This document shows positions 19,103 through 29,210 of a stretch of DNA of 32,000 bases, in pieces. The translations under genes and the position numbers were made by a program. The notes beneath the pieces are model-generated. The model was not told the origin of the DNA. It saw only the letters and a list, made by a program, of their open reading frames with translations, and did no database searches. The number at the start of each line of letters is the position of its first letter. Position 1 is the stretch's first letter. The DNA is taken from assembly GCA_964536865.1 (NCBI GenBank), contig CAZHYN010000003.1, positions 1 through 32,000 on the forward strand, in the 5' to 3' direction. The stretch comes from an uncultured Planctomycetia bacterium (GTDB lineage: Bacteria; Omnitrophota; Gorgyraeia; Duberdicusellales; 4484-171).

Positions 19103-20844
19103 TCTTGAAGGTATATATACTCTACCTCTGAGAATGCTCCCCCATAAGCTGTAGGATAAAGATTCCCGAACTTTTCTCTTACTGCATAGATAGAATATGT
19201 ATTCACCGTATAAATCAACGGGAGCTTATTGGATGCTATCTTTTGCCATCTATAAAACAGCTTTTTCCTCTCCTCTTCGTCCAGCGTCTTAGCTGAAAGA
19301 TTAAAAATATCTTCAATCTCCTTCTCCCACTCATAGAGGGCAACTTTAGTAGGATTCCACATATGAAGTGCTCCTTTATAAGACCAAACATTTTTACCAA
19401 AGTAAGGCTCAATACCTCCAGTTAAACCAATCAGAATCATCTCCCAGTCAAAAGTAGAGACTAACTTATTTACGAGATTATTAAAATTCAAAGGAAGAAA
19501 GTTTATTTTCACTCCTATATCTTCTAAATCCTTCTTTATAAGTGTGGCTATCTTTACTCTTTGAGTATTATCACCATTGGTAAAAAAATTTATCTCTAAC
19601 TTATGTCCTTGGCTGTCCTCCAAAATACCATCGCCATCGCGGTCAAAGAAACCTAACTTTTGTAGAATCTTTTTAGCTTTGGTAGGGTCATAAGGATATT
19701 TGGTTACATCAGGAGTGTAATAAATCTTATTAGCAGGACTTAAAGGTGAATACTGAAGGATTCCTAATCCATTTAAAACCACCTGAATGATTTTTTCTCT
19801 ATTGATAGCGTAGGAGATCGCCTTACGGAATTCTTCGCTTTGGAACCAACGAAGTTTATAAGGAACAACAAAAGGTTTTTTAGTGTAAGGGTTTAACTGA
19901 GGATTCTGATTTAAAACGAGGAAGTTAGAACCAAAACTGGGACCAGCATTGTAAATAGAGAAGTTATCTTCTTCCTGTTTTGGTCCTAAAATTGCTAAGT
20001 CTTGAGGCCGTAACGAATAATAATCAATTTCTCCCTCTAAGAATTTTAGAAGTGCGGTATCTTGATTGGGAAGGATTACAAAGATAATTTCATTTATGTA
20101 AGGTAAGTGATTACCACAACTATCTTTTTTCCAGTAATAAGGATTTCTTTCTAGAACTACCCTCTCTCCGGGTAGATACTTTTTTAAACGAAAGGGACCT
20201 GTACCTACTATCTGGTGAGGTTTAGCATCCAATCCCATGCTAAAGTTAAACTTACTCTCCTTAACTAAGTGATAGTAACAGTGCTTGGGAAGGATTTCTT
20301 GAGAAAGCGCTCGCAAGAAAGGAGCAAAGACCGAAGGAAGAGTAAACTTTACTCGATAGGTATCAATCTTTTCTACTTTAATCTTTTTCCCCTCAATAGT
20401 AAATATATCTCTACTAGAATTGGGAATCTCTGGGTTATATATTAGATTATTAAAAGTGAAGACAACATCATCAGCAGTAAAATTTTCTCCATCGCTCCAT
20501 CTTACATCATCTCTTAGATAGAATATCCAAGTTTTCCCATCTTGGGTTTGCCATTTCTTAGCTAAGTTAGGGAGGACTTCTAAACTTTTAGGATCAACTT
20601 TAGTCAATCCCTCAAAAAGTAAAGAAGTAATCTGAGTAGTAGAGGTTTCCTTAGCTAAAATAGGATTAAAAGACTTAGGATCACTAGTTGCTGGGAGAAT
20701 TAGCTTTCCTCCACATTTTCCGCATTCAAACTCGTACTCCTTAAGGGGCTCCTTAAACACAGATTCTGCAACAATAGAGAATATATTTAAGGAGGAAATA
20801 AAAAAAAAGGGAGCAAGAAGAAAGAGTATATTTACTCTTCTCAT
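19099..20844 (-). CDS. ABC transporter substrate-binding protein, family 5 (peptide/nickel)
   Basis: Signal peptide, then SBP family 5 features (PKSFNP......ITSLLFEGL, W.DG..FTADDV.F). 581 aa. 4-nt overlaps with secG and with the first permease. Confidence 0.85.
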   Translation of the reverse strand: MRRVNILFLLAPFFFISSLNIFSIVAESVFKEPLKEYEFECGKCGGKLILPATSDPKSFNPILAKETSTTQITSLLFEGLTKVDPKSLEVLPNLAKKWQTQDGKTWIFYLRDDVRWSDGENFTADDVVFTFNNLIYNPEIPNSSRDIFTIEGKKIKVEKIDTYRVKFTLPSVFAPFLRALSQEILPKHCYYHLVKESKFNFSMGLDAKPHQIVGTGPFRLKKYLPGERVVLERNPYYWKKDSCGNHLPYINEIIFVILPNQDTALLKFLEGEIDYYSLRPQDLAILGPKQEEDNFSIYNAGPSFGSNFLVLNQNPQLNPYTKKPFVVPYKLRWFQSEEFRKAISYAINREKIIQVVLNGLGILQYSPLSPANKIYYTPDVTKYPYDPTKAKKILQKLGFFDRDGDGILEDSQGHKLEINFFTNGDNTQRVKIATLIKKDLEDIGVKINFLPLNFNNLVNKLVSTFDWEMILIGLTGGIEPYFGKNVWSYKGALHMWNPTKVALYEWEKEIEDIFNLSAKTLDEEERKKLFYRWQKIASNKLPLIYTVNTYSIYAVREKFGNLYPTAYGGAFSEVEYIYLQE

Positions 20845-21161
20845 TCGCCTGAGGGCGGTAAAGAACTTTTACTTTTCTGAGATTCACTCTTTGCAGGAAT
20901 TTGATGACTTTTCCTCGGTGTTTCTAAAAGAGATTTACTCTTTTGTTTGGAAAGGTAAGCTAAAGAAATAGAGGTGAGGAAAAAGATTACTACTAGAGTA
21001 ACTGTTAATTTAACAAAGAAAGAACTGGTCTTCGTCCCAAAAATTGACTCTACTCCCCCTAAAGCTTCAATTAATCCTCCACTCCTTCCTCGTTGGACGA
21101 GAATTATCCCTATTAAAGCTAAAGAGACTATTATGTGCAGAATTAAAATAAGATCGTACAT
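20841..21161 (-). CDS. secG: preprotein translocase subunit SecG
   Basis: ILHIIVSLALIGIILVQRGRSGGL... plus a second TM helix. It sits in the classic position after tpiA. Ser/Lys-rich C-terminal tail. Confidence 0.85.
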   Translation of the reverse strand: MYDLILILHIIVSLALIGIILVQRGRSGGLIEALGGVESIFGTKTSSFFVKLTVTLVVIFFLTSISLAYLSKQKSKSLLETPRKSHQIPAKSESQKSKSSLPPSGE

Positions 21162-21170
21162 AACTTACCC

Positions 21171-21932
21171 CTAAAGAGCGCCCTTTACGATAGCGATAAA
21201 AGAGGAAGCATCTAAAGAGGCGCCTCCTACTAATGCTCCGTCGATATCCTCCTCTCTCATCAAATCTTTTATATTATTAGGTTTTACACTTCCACCATAA
21301 AGAATCCTTAACGAAGAGGCACAACCAGTTGAGTATCTCTTCTCTATCCACTCCCTTATAAACTTTTGCACTTCTTCTGCCTGCTGAGGAGTAGCGGTCT
21401 TCCCTGTTCCTATTGCCCAAACAGGTTCATAAGCAATAGTAAGTTTTAGAATCTTGGCCTCCTCTATACCAAATAGTCCTTTCTCTAACTGGGTAGTTAC
21501 TACCTCTATAGTTTGATTAGCCTCTCTTTCCTCTAAGGTCTCACCTACACACAAGATAGGATTTAAACCCTCTTCTAAACTGAGCTTAATTTTCTTGTTA
21601 ATTACTTCATCGCTTTCCTGAAAATACTTTCTCCTCTCCGAATGCCCCACTATTACGTAATCGCATCCGCAGTCCTTAAGTTGAGGAGGGGAAACCTCTC
21701 CTGTAAATGCTCCTTCTCTGATGTAGAAAACATCTTGTGCTCCTAATTTTATATTCGTACCTAAGATCAACTTTCCTACACTCTCTAAAGCAGTAAAGGA
21801 AGGACAAACAACAATATCTACTTCACTCAAATTAGAAAGGTCTCTTTTTAAATGAGAAACTAACTCTCTAGCTTCTTCGATAGTCTTGTGCATCTTCCAG
21901 TTACCAGCAATTAATGGTTTACGTCTACTCAT
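21171..21932 (-). CDS. tpiA: triose-phosphate isomerase
   Basis: AGNWKMH, VGHSERR, AYEPVWAIGTGKTA and YGGSVKP motifs. Confidence 0.95.
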   Translation of the reverse strand: MSRRKPLIAGNWKMHKTIEEARELVSHLKRDLSNLSEVDIVVCPSFTALESVGKLILGTNIKLGAQDVFYIREGAFTGEVSPPQLKDCGCDYVIVGHSERRKYFQESDEVINKKIKLSLEEGLNPILCVGETLEEREANQTIEVVTTQLEKGLFGIEEAKILKLTIAYEPVWAIGTGKTATPQQAEEVQKFIREWIEKRYSTGCASSLRILYGGSVKPNNIKDLMREEDIDGALVGGASLDASSFIAIVKGAL

Positions 21933-21939
21933 CTTTCTT

Positions 21940-23115
21940 TTACTTTTCAGGAATTACTGCTATTGCCGGCAATTCTTTACCTTCCAAGAATTCTAAAGAT
22001 GCTCCTCCTCCCGTAGAAACATGAGCCAACTTATCCTTCACTCCGAATTCAGAAACACAGGAAGCAGTATCTCCTCCTCCTACAATTACAGTAGTATCTA
22101 AGAGGTTAGCTAAACTAGTGGCAATCTCCTTAGAACCGTTAGCATAGTGTGGATTTTCAAAAATTCCTAAGGGACCATTCCAAAGAACCGTCTTTACTCC
22201 TTCTAACTCTCTAAGGAATAAACTGGCAGTTTGGGGCCCAATATCTACCCCTATAAACCCTCCAAGGATTTCCTCTACAATCTTTTTGGTGTGAGGCAAG
22301 TTAATATCTTCTACAACCACATGATCTAAAGGTAAAACTATTTTAACACTCTTTGCTTCAGCCTTATCTAAAATCTCTTTAGCTAACCCAATTTTTTCCT
22401 CTTCTACTTTAGAATTACCTACAGAAACTCCTTTACTCTTAAGAAAGGTGTAAGCCATTGCTCCCCCGATTAAAAACTTATCCACCTTATCTATCAGATT
22501 GTTAACCACGCCTATTTTATCGGAGACTTTTGCTCCTCCCAGAATTACTACATAAGGCCTTTCGGGATTAAGTGCTTTACTTAAATACTCTATCTCCTTC
22601 TCCATTAGAAATCCTATACATGAAGGAAGAAACTTAGCAATCTTTGTGGTAGAGGCATGGGCACGGTGAGCGGTAGCAAAAGCATCGTTAACATAAATAT
22701 CGGCTAACTCAGCTAATTTTTTTGCAAACTCCTCATCTCCTTTTTCCTCTTCAGGATGAAACCTTACATTCTCAAGAAGCACAACAATGCCTCCAAATGA
22801 ATCTATTTCTCTTTTCACCTTCTCTCCCACACAATCATCTAATTTCAAAACCTTCTCTCCTAAAAGCTCCTCAAGTCTTTTTGCTACAGGCTCCATCCGC
22901 AAACTTTCCACAACCTTCCCTTTTGGCCGTCCTAAATGGCTTATAAGAATAAGTTTGTAAGGATTCTGTTTTAATATATAGTTTATTGTAGGCAAACTGG
23001 TGCGAATTCGTGTATCATCAGTTATTTTCCCTTCTTTTAAAGGAACATTAAAATCCACACGCACGAGAACTTTTTTATTTTCTAACTCTAAATCTTTAAC
23101 GCTAATCTTGGCCAT
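21940..23115 (-). CDS. pgk: phosphoglycerate kinase
   Basis: RVDFNVP, SHLGRPKG, NDAFATAHRAHAS, GGAKVSDKI, and the STGGGASLEFLEGK C-terminus. Confidence 0.95.
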   Translation of the reverse strand: MAKISVKDLELENKKVLVRVDFNVPLKEGKITDDTRIRTSLPTINYILKQNPYKLILISHLGRPKGKVVESLRMEPVAKRLEELLGEKVLKLDDCVGEKVKREIDSFGGIVVLLENVRFHPEEEKGDEEFAKKLAELADIYVNDAFATAHRAHASTTKIAKFLPSCIGFLMEKEIEYLSKALNPERPYVVILGGAKVSDKIGVVNNLIDKVDKFLIGGAMAYTFLKSKGVSVGNSKVEEEKIGLAKEILDKAEAKSVKIVLPLDHVVVEDINLPHTKKIVEEILGGFIGVDIGPQTASLFLRELEGVKTVLWNGPLGIFENPHYANGSKEIATSLANLLDTTVIVGGGDTASCVSEFGVKDKLAHVSTGGGASLEFLEGKELPAIAVIPEK

Positions 23116-23126
23116 ATCAACTCCTT

Positions 23127-25176
<2,050 letters not shown>

Positions 25177-25189
25177 AACTTTTTACACT

Positions 25190-26197
25190 CTACACTTCCA
25201 CTTCTCTTAAGAACTTTGCTGCCTCTTCTGGCAAAGTAGGACATATATAGAAACCTGTTCCCCACTCAAATCCTGCTACTTGAACTAGCCGGGGAGTAAT
25301 CTCTATATGCCAGTGATAATCTTCGTCTATCGTTGACCAGTATCCTGGATAAGGTCGCCTAAAGGGAGCGGTATGAATGATATAATTGTAAGGAGGATCA
25401 GCTAACAGTATTTTTATTTTTAGAAGAACCTTCTTAAGTAGACTGGCCAAAGAAAAAAGGTTTTCCCAAGAAGTTTTGTAGAAATCAGGGGAGTGTTCTT
25501 TGGGAAGAATCCACACCTCAAAGGGAAAACGGGGAGCAAAAGGAACTAAAGCTACAAAACCATTCTCCTCTAAAACCACCCTTTCCTGTTCCTTTAACTC
25601 TTGCCTTATCAAATCGCAGAATACACATCTTTCATGATAATCATAATAAAATTTAGCTCCTTCCAACTCTTCTTTTACACGTTTTAAGTTAACAGGGGTA
25701 GCAATAATTTGTGAGCGAGAGTGTCTCACTCTTCCTCCTCCTGCATCCCATCCGTAGTTTTTAAATACCAAAACATACTTTATCCGCATATCTTCCTGTA
25801 AAGCTCTTATTCTCTCACAGTAGGCCCAAAATACATCTCTTATATTTTCTATTTCTAAGTCTGCCATATTAGCAATATGTTCAGGAGTATCTATAACAAC
25901 TTCATGACTACCCACTCCTTCCATCAAATCATACGGTCCTTTTCCCTTCTTCCACGACTCTTTATCAGGCTCCAAAAAAGGTTTAATACTAGGAACGACT
26001 CTTACTCGCCAGTTTCCTTGATCATCTTTTATGGAATACAACTCTCCAGGTGTTAACGCTTCTTTACCTCGACAGAAAGGACACTCTTTCTCAGGGGGAG
26101 AAGTATCTATATGAGGAAAATCCTTTGGTCTTTTAGCACGTTCAGTAGAAATTATCACCCATCTTCCCAGAATAGGATCTTTTCTTAACTGAGGCAT
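25190..26197 (-). CDS. GalT-family paralogue with nucleophilic His replaced by Arg (H-S-R-S-Q)
   Basis: Collinear with the downstream paralogue (MPQLRKDPILGRWV, CPFC, GSHEVVI, CVFCDLI, YHWHIEITP), but the active-site pentapeptide reads HSRSQ. I prefer the ATG at 26197, preceded by AGAGGT, over the TTG at 26221. Confidence 0.75.
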   Translation of the reverse strand: MPQLRKDPILGRWVIISTERAKRPKDFPHIDTSPPEKECPFCRGKEALTPGELYSIKDDQGNWRVRVVPSIKPFLEPDKESWKKGKGPYDLMEGVGSHEVVIDTPEHIANMADLEIENIRDVFWAYCERIRALQEDMRIKYVLVFKNYGWDAGGGRVRHSRSQIIATPVNLKRVKEELEGAKFYYDYHERCVFCDLIRQELKEQERVVLEENGFVALVPFAPRFPFEVWILPKEHSPDFYKTSWENLFSLASLLKKVLLKIKILLADPPYNYIIHTAPFRRPYPGYWSTIDEDYHWHIEITPRLVQVAGFEWGTGFYICPTLPEEAAKFLREVEV

Positions 26198-26223
26198 AAT
26201 TTTACCTCTCTTAATTAGCAATT

Positions 26224-26251
26224 ATTATAGCAATCCCATTTTTAATTGCAA
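26224..26251 (-). promoter_or_regulatory. strong candidate sigma70-type promoter of the GalT-like/glycolysis/secG/peptide-ABC run
   Basis: Minus strand: TTGCAA (26251..26246), 16 nt, TGC-TATAAT (extended -10; hexamer 26229..26224), then a ~25-nt leader with AGAGGT before the ATG at 26197. Confidence 0.5.
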
Positions 26252-26270
26252 GAGTTTATTTTAAAGAAGG

Positions 26271-26606
26271 TTAGGGGTGAGCTTTTTTTAACCACTCTTG
26301 GTAGGCGTAATCTAGAATCTCTCCCTTAACTGCAGGCGGAAAGAGTCTTAGCTCTACTCCTACTTCCCATTTTTCTTCTTTGTGTGTTCTCCAAACTATC
26401 TTTCCCTCTCCAGGAATAAATATATCTTTGTGAGGCCTCTGGATCTCTAACTTCACTAACTCTTGAGGTTGAAAACCAAACTCATCAAAAACTGCTCTAA
26501 ATCCCTGGCGAGAGAAATCTAAAATTATCCCGATAAATAAAAGATCGTCCTTCTTTATCTTTACTTTAAGAGGAGTAGAAAATCGCCATGCTCTTCTTTT
26601 ATCCAT
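26271..26606 (-). CDS. PilZ domain protein (predicted c-di-GMP receptor)
   Basis: An RxxxR motif in KRRAWR near the N-terminus and a DxSxxG motif in DFSRQG. Single-domain, 111 aa. Confidence 0.8.
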   Translation of the reverse strand: MDKRRAWRFSTPLKVKIKKDDLLFIGIILDFSRQGFRAVFDEFGFQPQELVKLEIQRPHKDIFIPGEGKIVWRTHKEEKWEVGVELRLFPPAVKGEILDYAYQEWLKKAHP

Positions 26607-26614
26607 ACAAATTT

Positions 26615-26642
26615 AATATATCATAAAAATTTCATCTAGCAA
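26615..26642 (-). promoter_or_regulatory. candidate promoter of the PilZ gene, leaderless geometry
   Basis: Minus strand: TTGCTA (26642..26637), 16 nt, TATATT (26620..26615), 8 nt, ATG (26606). No SD. Confidence 0.35.
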
Positions 26643-26852
26643 ATATTTTGTTTCTATTCCTTCTAATCTATCAACTGAAGCTTTTGAAACTATTTTAAAA
26701 GTAAAACTACAACTCCACCAATTCTAGCAATTAACCACGCAAGCAAAGAAACAAATTATAAAATCTATCTAAAATTTATATAGAAAAAGATACTTAAAAG
26801 AAGATAAACAAGCTTTAACTCCTTGGTGGTTAAAATATTCTCGAATATCTTC

Positions 26853-27014
26853 TTATGTAATTAACTCGAACTCACTTTTTTCCGCCCCACATACAGGACA
26901 AACCCAGGACTCAGGAATATCTTCGAAGAGAGTACCAGGAAGGACCCTAGAATCGGGGTCTCCTAAGGTGGGATCATAGATATAACCGCACACTTTACAT
27001 TTATACCTATTCAT
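26853..27014 (-). CDS. rubredoxin (53 aa; not in the supplied ORF track)
   Basis: My hand translation of the minus strand gives [53 protein letters not shown]. It has both CxxCG knuckles, YIYDP, and the FEDIPE.W.CP.CG core of rubredoxins. ATG at 27014, TAA at 26855..26853. Confidence 0.88.
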   Translation of the reverse strand: MNRYKCKVCGYIYDPTLGDPDSRVLPGTLFEDIPESWVCPVCGAEKSEFELIT

Positions 27015-27044
27015 ATCTCTTTTGTAACTAGAAAGAGTGAAGTA

Positions 27045-27073
27045 ATTTTATCATAGGAATAAAAAGTTGTAAA
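27045..27073 (-). promoter_or_regulatory. candidate promoter of the rubredoxin gene
   Basis: Minus strand: TTTACA (27073..27068), 17 nt, TAAAAT (27050..27045), then a ~30-nt leader before the ATG at 27014. Confidence 0.4.
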
Positions 27074-27154
27074 CCATTCTTCTTTTCATTTAGTTATCTT
27101 AACCACCTTCTTGCTATATATTTTTTCCGAAGAAGTAAAATTTATGATGCTAAC

Positions 27155-27670
27155 CTAATCCTTAAATCTATGAGTACCTTCCAAATAGCGAGCTATAAAA
27201 TATAGAAGAGTGGATAGTCCATTTAAATAAGGAAGGATATACTTATTTTCTAACATTTTTCTTCTCTTTAGAGTTACTGTCCTTCTCTCTAATCTTCTGG
27301 TTACTGCCCTAGCAACATCTACGATACAAGAAGAGAGGTTTCCTCCAGGAATAATAAATCCTTTTTTAGATAAGCTAATTTTATTTTTGAATTCTTCTAT
27401 ATTAATTTGAATATACTCTAAAGAATTCTTCTTTATTCTCTCTCTTAACCTCTTAAACCATTTTTTCTTGATAGCTACTTCACTCCCAATTTTAAAAAGA
27501 TCCCTCTGAATATTCTCAAGGATATTTTTTAGTTTCTTTTTCTTGATCAAACTCTTTGCTAACCCTACAAAAGAACATAGTTCATCTATCGTACCACACA
27601 CTTCACATCTAATATCATCTTTCATAACTTGTTCTTGGAAACAAAGAGTTGTAATCTCAGGTTTCTTCAT
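27155..27670 (-). CDS. PduO-type ATP:cob(I)alamin adenosyltransferase-like protein, atypical N-terminus
   Basis: Core family pattern KDD.R.E..GT.DEL.S..G.A, IQ.DLF.IGSE.A, FI.PGG, ARAV.RR.ER and YLN.LS.LL...AR. I prefer the start at ATG 27670 because the TTG at 27709 lies inside the predicted -35 element. Confidence 0.68.
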   Translation of the reverse strand: MKKPEITTLCFQEQVMKDDIRCEVCGTIDELCSFVGLAKSLIKKKKLKNILENIQRDLFKIGSEVAIKKKWFKRLRERIKKNSLEYIQINIEEFKNKISLSKKGFIIPGGNLSSCIVDVARAVTRRLERRTVTLKRRKMLENKYILPYLNGLSTLLYFIARYLEGTHRFKD

Positions 27671-27680
27671 ATCTATTAAA

Positions 27681-27709
27681 AGTATAATCTTATAACTACA
27701 CATGGTCAA
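27681..27709 (-). promoter_or_regulatory. candidate promoter of the adenosyltransferase-like gene, very short leader
   Basis: Minus strand: TTGACC (27709..27704), 17 nt, TATACT (27686..27681), 10 nt, ATG (27670). Confidence 0.4.
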
Positions 27710-27778
27710 CAGAAATTAAAACACCATCCCCCAAATGAAACAAAACAAATCTGACTTACTTTGTCTCATTTGGAAGGG

Positions 27779-27806
27779 TTGACGCCAAGGTATTATTTTC
27801 TAAAAT
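27779..27806 (+). promoter_or_regulatory. candidate promoter of the plus-strand radical SAM gene, leaderless geometry
   Basis: TTGACG (27779..27784), 16 nt, TAAAAT (27801..27806), 7 nt, ATG (27814). No SD. Confidence 0.4.
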
Positions 27807-27813
27807 ATATTTT

Positions 27814-28671
27814 ATGAGTGTAATTACTCTATTTGATCCTTGGCGTAGCGAAATATGCACCTGTCCTAAGAAATTCACACTCTCTCCCTATACAGGGTGT
27901 GGTCATGGCTGTCTTTACTGTTATGCCTCTTCCTATATAAAAAATTTTTATTTTCCTAGAGAGAAAAAAAACTTTCTAAAAAGACTAGATAAGGAAATTA
28001 AGAAAATCCCAAAAAAATCCCTGATAACCATGGCTAACTCTTCTGATCCTTATCTTCCCTTAGAAAAAGAATTAATGTTAACCTCCTCTACTCTAAAATT
28101 GCTAAAGAAATATGACTTTAGAATACTTATCGTTACTAAATCTTCCCTTATATTAAGAGATATTGAAATCTTAAAGGAGCTCAAAGTTGTAGTAAGCATA
28201 TCGTTGACTACTCTGAATGAAAAATTGGCTAAGCGGTTAGAACCATCTGCTCCCCCTCCTTCAGCGAGATTAAAAACAATTGAAGTTCTCTCTAAGTATT
28301 TAAATGTAGTAGTAAGATTTGACCCTATAATTTATCCCTTAAATACTAAAGAAACTAAAAATATAATCAGAGAAGTAAAAAAAAGAGGAACAAAACAAAT
28401 AATTACTTCTACTTATAAAGTAAAGTCTGATAACTTTAAGCGAATGATAAATGCATTCGGAGAATACAAAAAACTCTGGTATAAACTTTACTTACAAGAA
28501 GGAGAACGAAAAGGACGATATATCTATCTGGCTACTCATCTTCGTAGAAAGATAGTGGAAGAAGTAAGGAATTGGAGTTTAAAAGAAGGAATGGCTTTCT
28601 CAAGCTGCCGAGAAGGATTTAAAGAGTGGAATACAAGAACTTGTGATGGCTCATCTTTCTTCTCAACATAG
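27814..28671 (+). CDS. SPL-family / COG1533-type radical SAM protein
   Basis: The opening DPWRSEICTCPKKFTLSPYTGCGHGCLYCYASSY carries CxxxCxxC in the context typical of the spore-photoproduct-lyase-like (DNA repair photolyase) radical SAM family. ~285 aa. C-terminal Cys pair (SSCREG...RTCDGS). Confidence 0.78.
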   Translation: MSVITLFDPWRSEICTCPKKFTLSPYTGCGHGCLYCYASSYIKNFYFPREKKNFLKRLDKEIKKIPKKSLITMANSSDPYLPLEKELMLTSSTLKLLKKYDFRILIVTKSSLILRDIEILKELKVVVSISLTTLNEKLAKRLEPSAPPPSARLKTIEVLSKYLNVVVRFDPIIYPLNTKETKNIIREVKKRGTKQIITSTYKVKSDNFKRMINAFGEYKKLWYKLYLQEGERKGRYIYLATHLRRKIVEEVRNWSLKEGMAFSSCREGFKEWNTRTCDGSSFFST

Positions 28672-28799
28672 TTTATTGATACAATTATGCCTCTACTCCA
28701 AAGATGTTTCTAATTAAAAGCTTATGAAAATTAACAATTACTTGGGTAACTTTTCTAAAATGTTTTATTATTTCTAACAAAGTTTTAAGATTAAAATCT

Positions 28800-29210
28800 T
28801 TATTTATCTTGATCTTCATCTAGAAGGATTGTGATCTCTTCCGTATTCATTATGGTATTGTGCACAGGACAATTACGGACAAACCTAAGAAAAGATTTTT
28901 TTCTCTCACCAAGATAAGCATCAGTGAAGATGCTTACCTTTATATTAGTAATTTGAAAAGGTAACCTTTCCCACTCTCCAGACACCCTTACCAGAAGCTT
29001 CTGGAAACTTATACCTATATCTAGAAGGTATTTTTTAGCATAATATAGAATGCATCCTCCTAAAGAAGCTAAAAATAACTCTGAAGAATTAGGAGCTTGA
29101 GGTGTATAATTTTCTCTTCGAGAATCAATATAGGTTTTAGCTCCACTTTTTAAAGATATTACTTCAAACTTATCTTGTTCTAGAAACTTTACCTCGACTT
29201 TTAAGGCCAT
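28800..29210 (-). CDS. OsmC family peroxiredoxin-like protein
   Basis: LFLASLGGCILYYAKKYL and the C-terminal NCPVHNT contain the two conserved OsmC/Ohr cysteines. 136 aa. SD AAGGTGA. Confidence 0.85.
   Translation of the reverse strand: MALKVEVKFLEQDKFEVISLKSGAKTYIDSRRENYTPQAPNSSELFLASLGGCILYYAKKYLLDIGISFQKLLVRVSGEWERLPFQITNIKVSIFTDAYLGERKKSFLRFVRNCPVHNTIMNTEEITILLDEDQDK

Noticed and set aside
2128-22946. Short antisense ORFs in the track: 2128..2319+, 3391..3741+, 4148..4390+, 6379..6594+, 9546..9776+, 9810..9992+, 11888..12085-, 17834..18055+, 18882..19154+, 20974..21174+, 22722..22946+
   Set aside because: Each lies entirely inside, or out of frame within, a longer gene with unmistakable family motifs. 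Their translations are low-complexity with no recognisable motifs. They are typical shadow ORFs of AT-rich DNA.
26690-26746. 18-codon hydrophobic mini-ORF (LLAWLIARIGGVVVLLLK) in the ~210-bp ORF-free spacer between rubredoxin and the PilZ promoter
   Set aside because: It has a TTG start only and no convincing SD or promoter. At this length it cannot be distinguished from chance without transcript or conservation data.
26833-26851. Hairpin AGATATT-CGAG-AATATTT followed by T residues after the rubredoxin stop, as a possible intrinsic terminator
   Set aside because: The stem is entirely A-T/G-T and only ~5-7 bp, too weak to call. No convincing GC-rich terminator was seen anywhere in the window, including the convergent spacer 28672..28799.
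26825-27107. 9-bp inverted repeat GGTGGTTAA / TTAACCACC bracketing the rubredoxin gene and its promoter
   Set aside because: It is short enough to occur by chance. The upstream copy lies outside the predicted transcript, so no RNA structure can form. No duplication or recombinase is nearby.
27671-27709. N-terminal extensions given by the ORF track (27709 TTG for the PduO-like gene, 26221 TTG for the GalT-like paralogue, 17132 for the ABC ATPase, 20 for the lipoprotein)
   Set aside because: The internal ATGs fit family N-termini, SD or promoter placement, or ATGA coupling better. The extensions overlap promoter elements or upstream genes.
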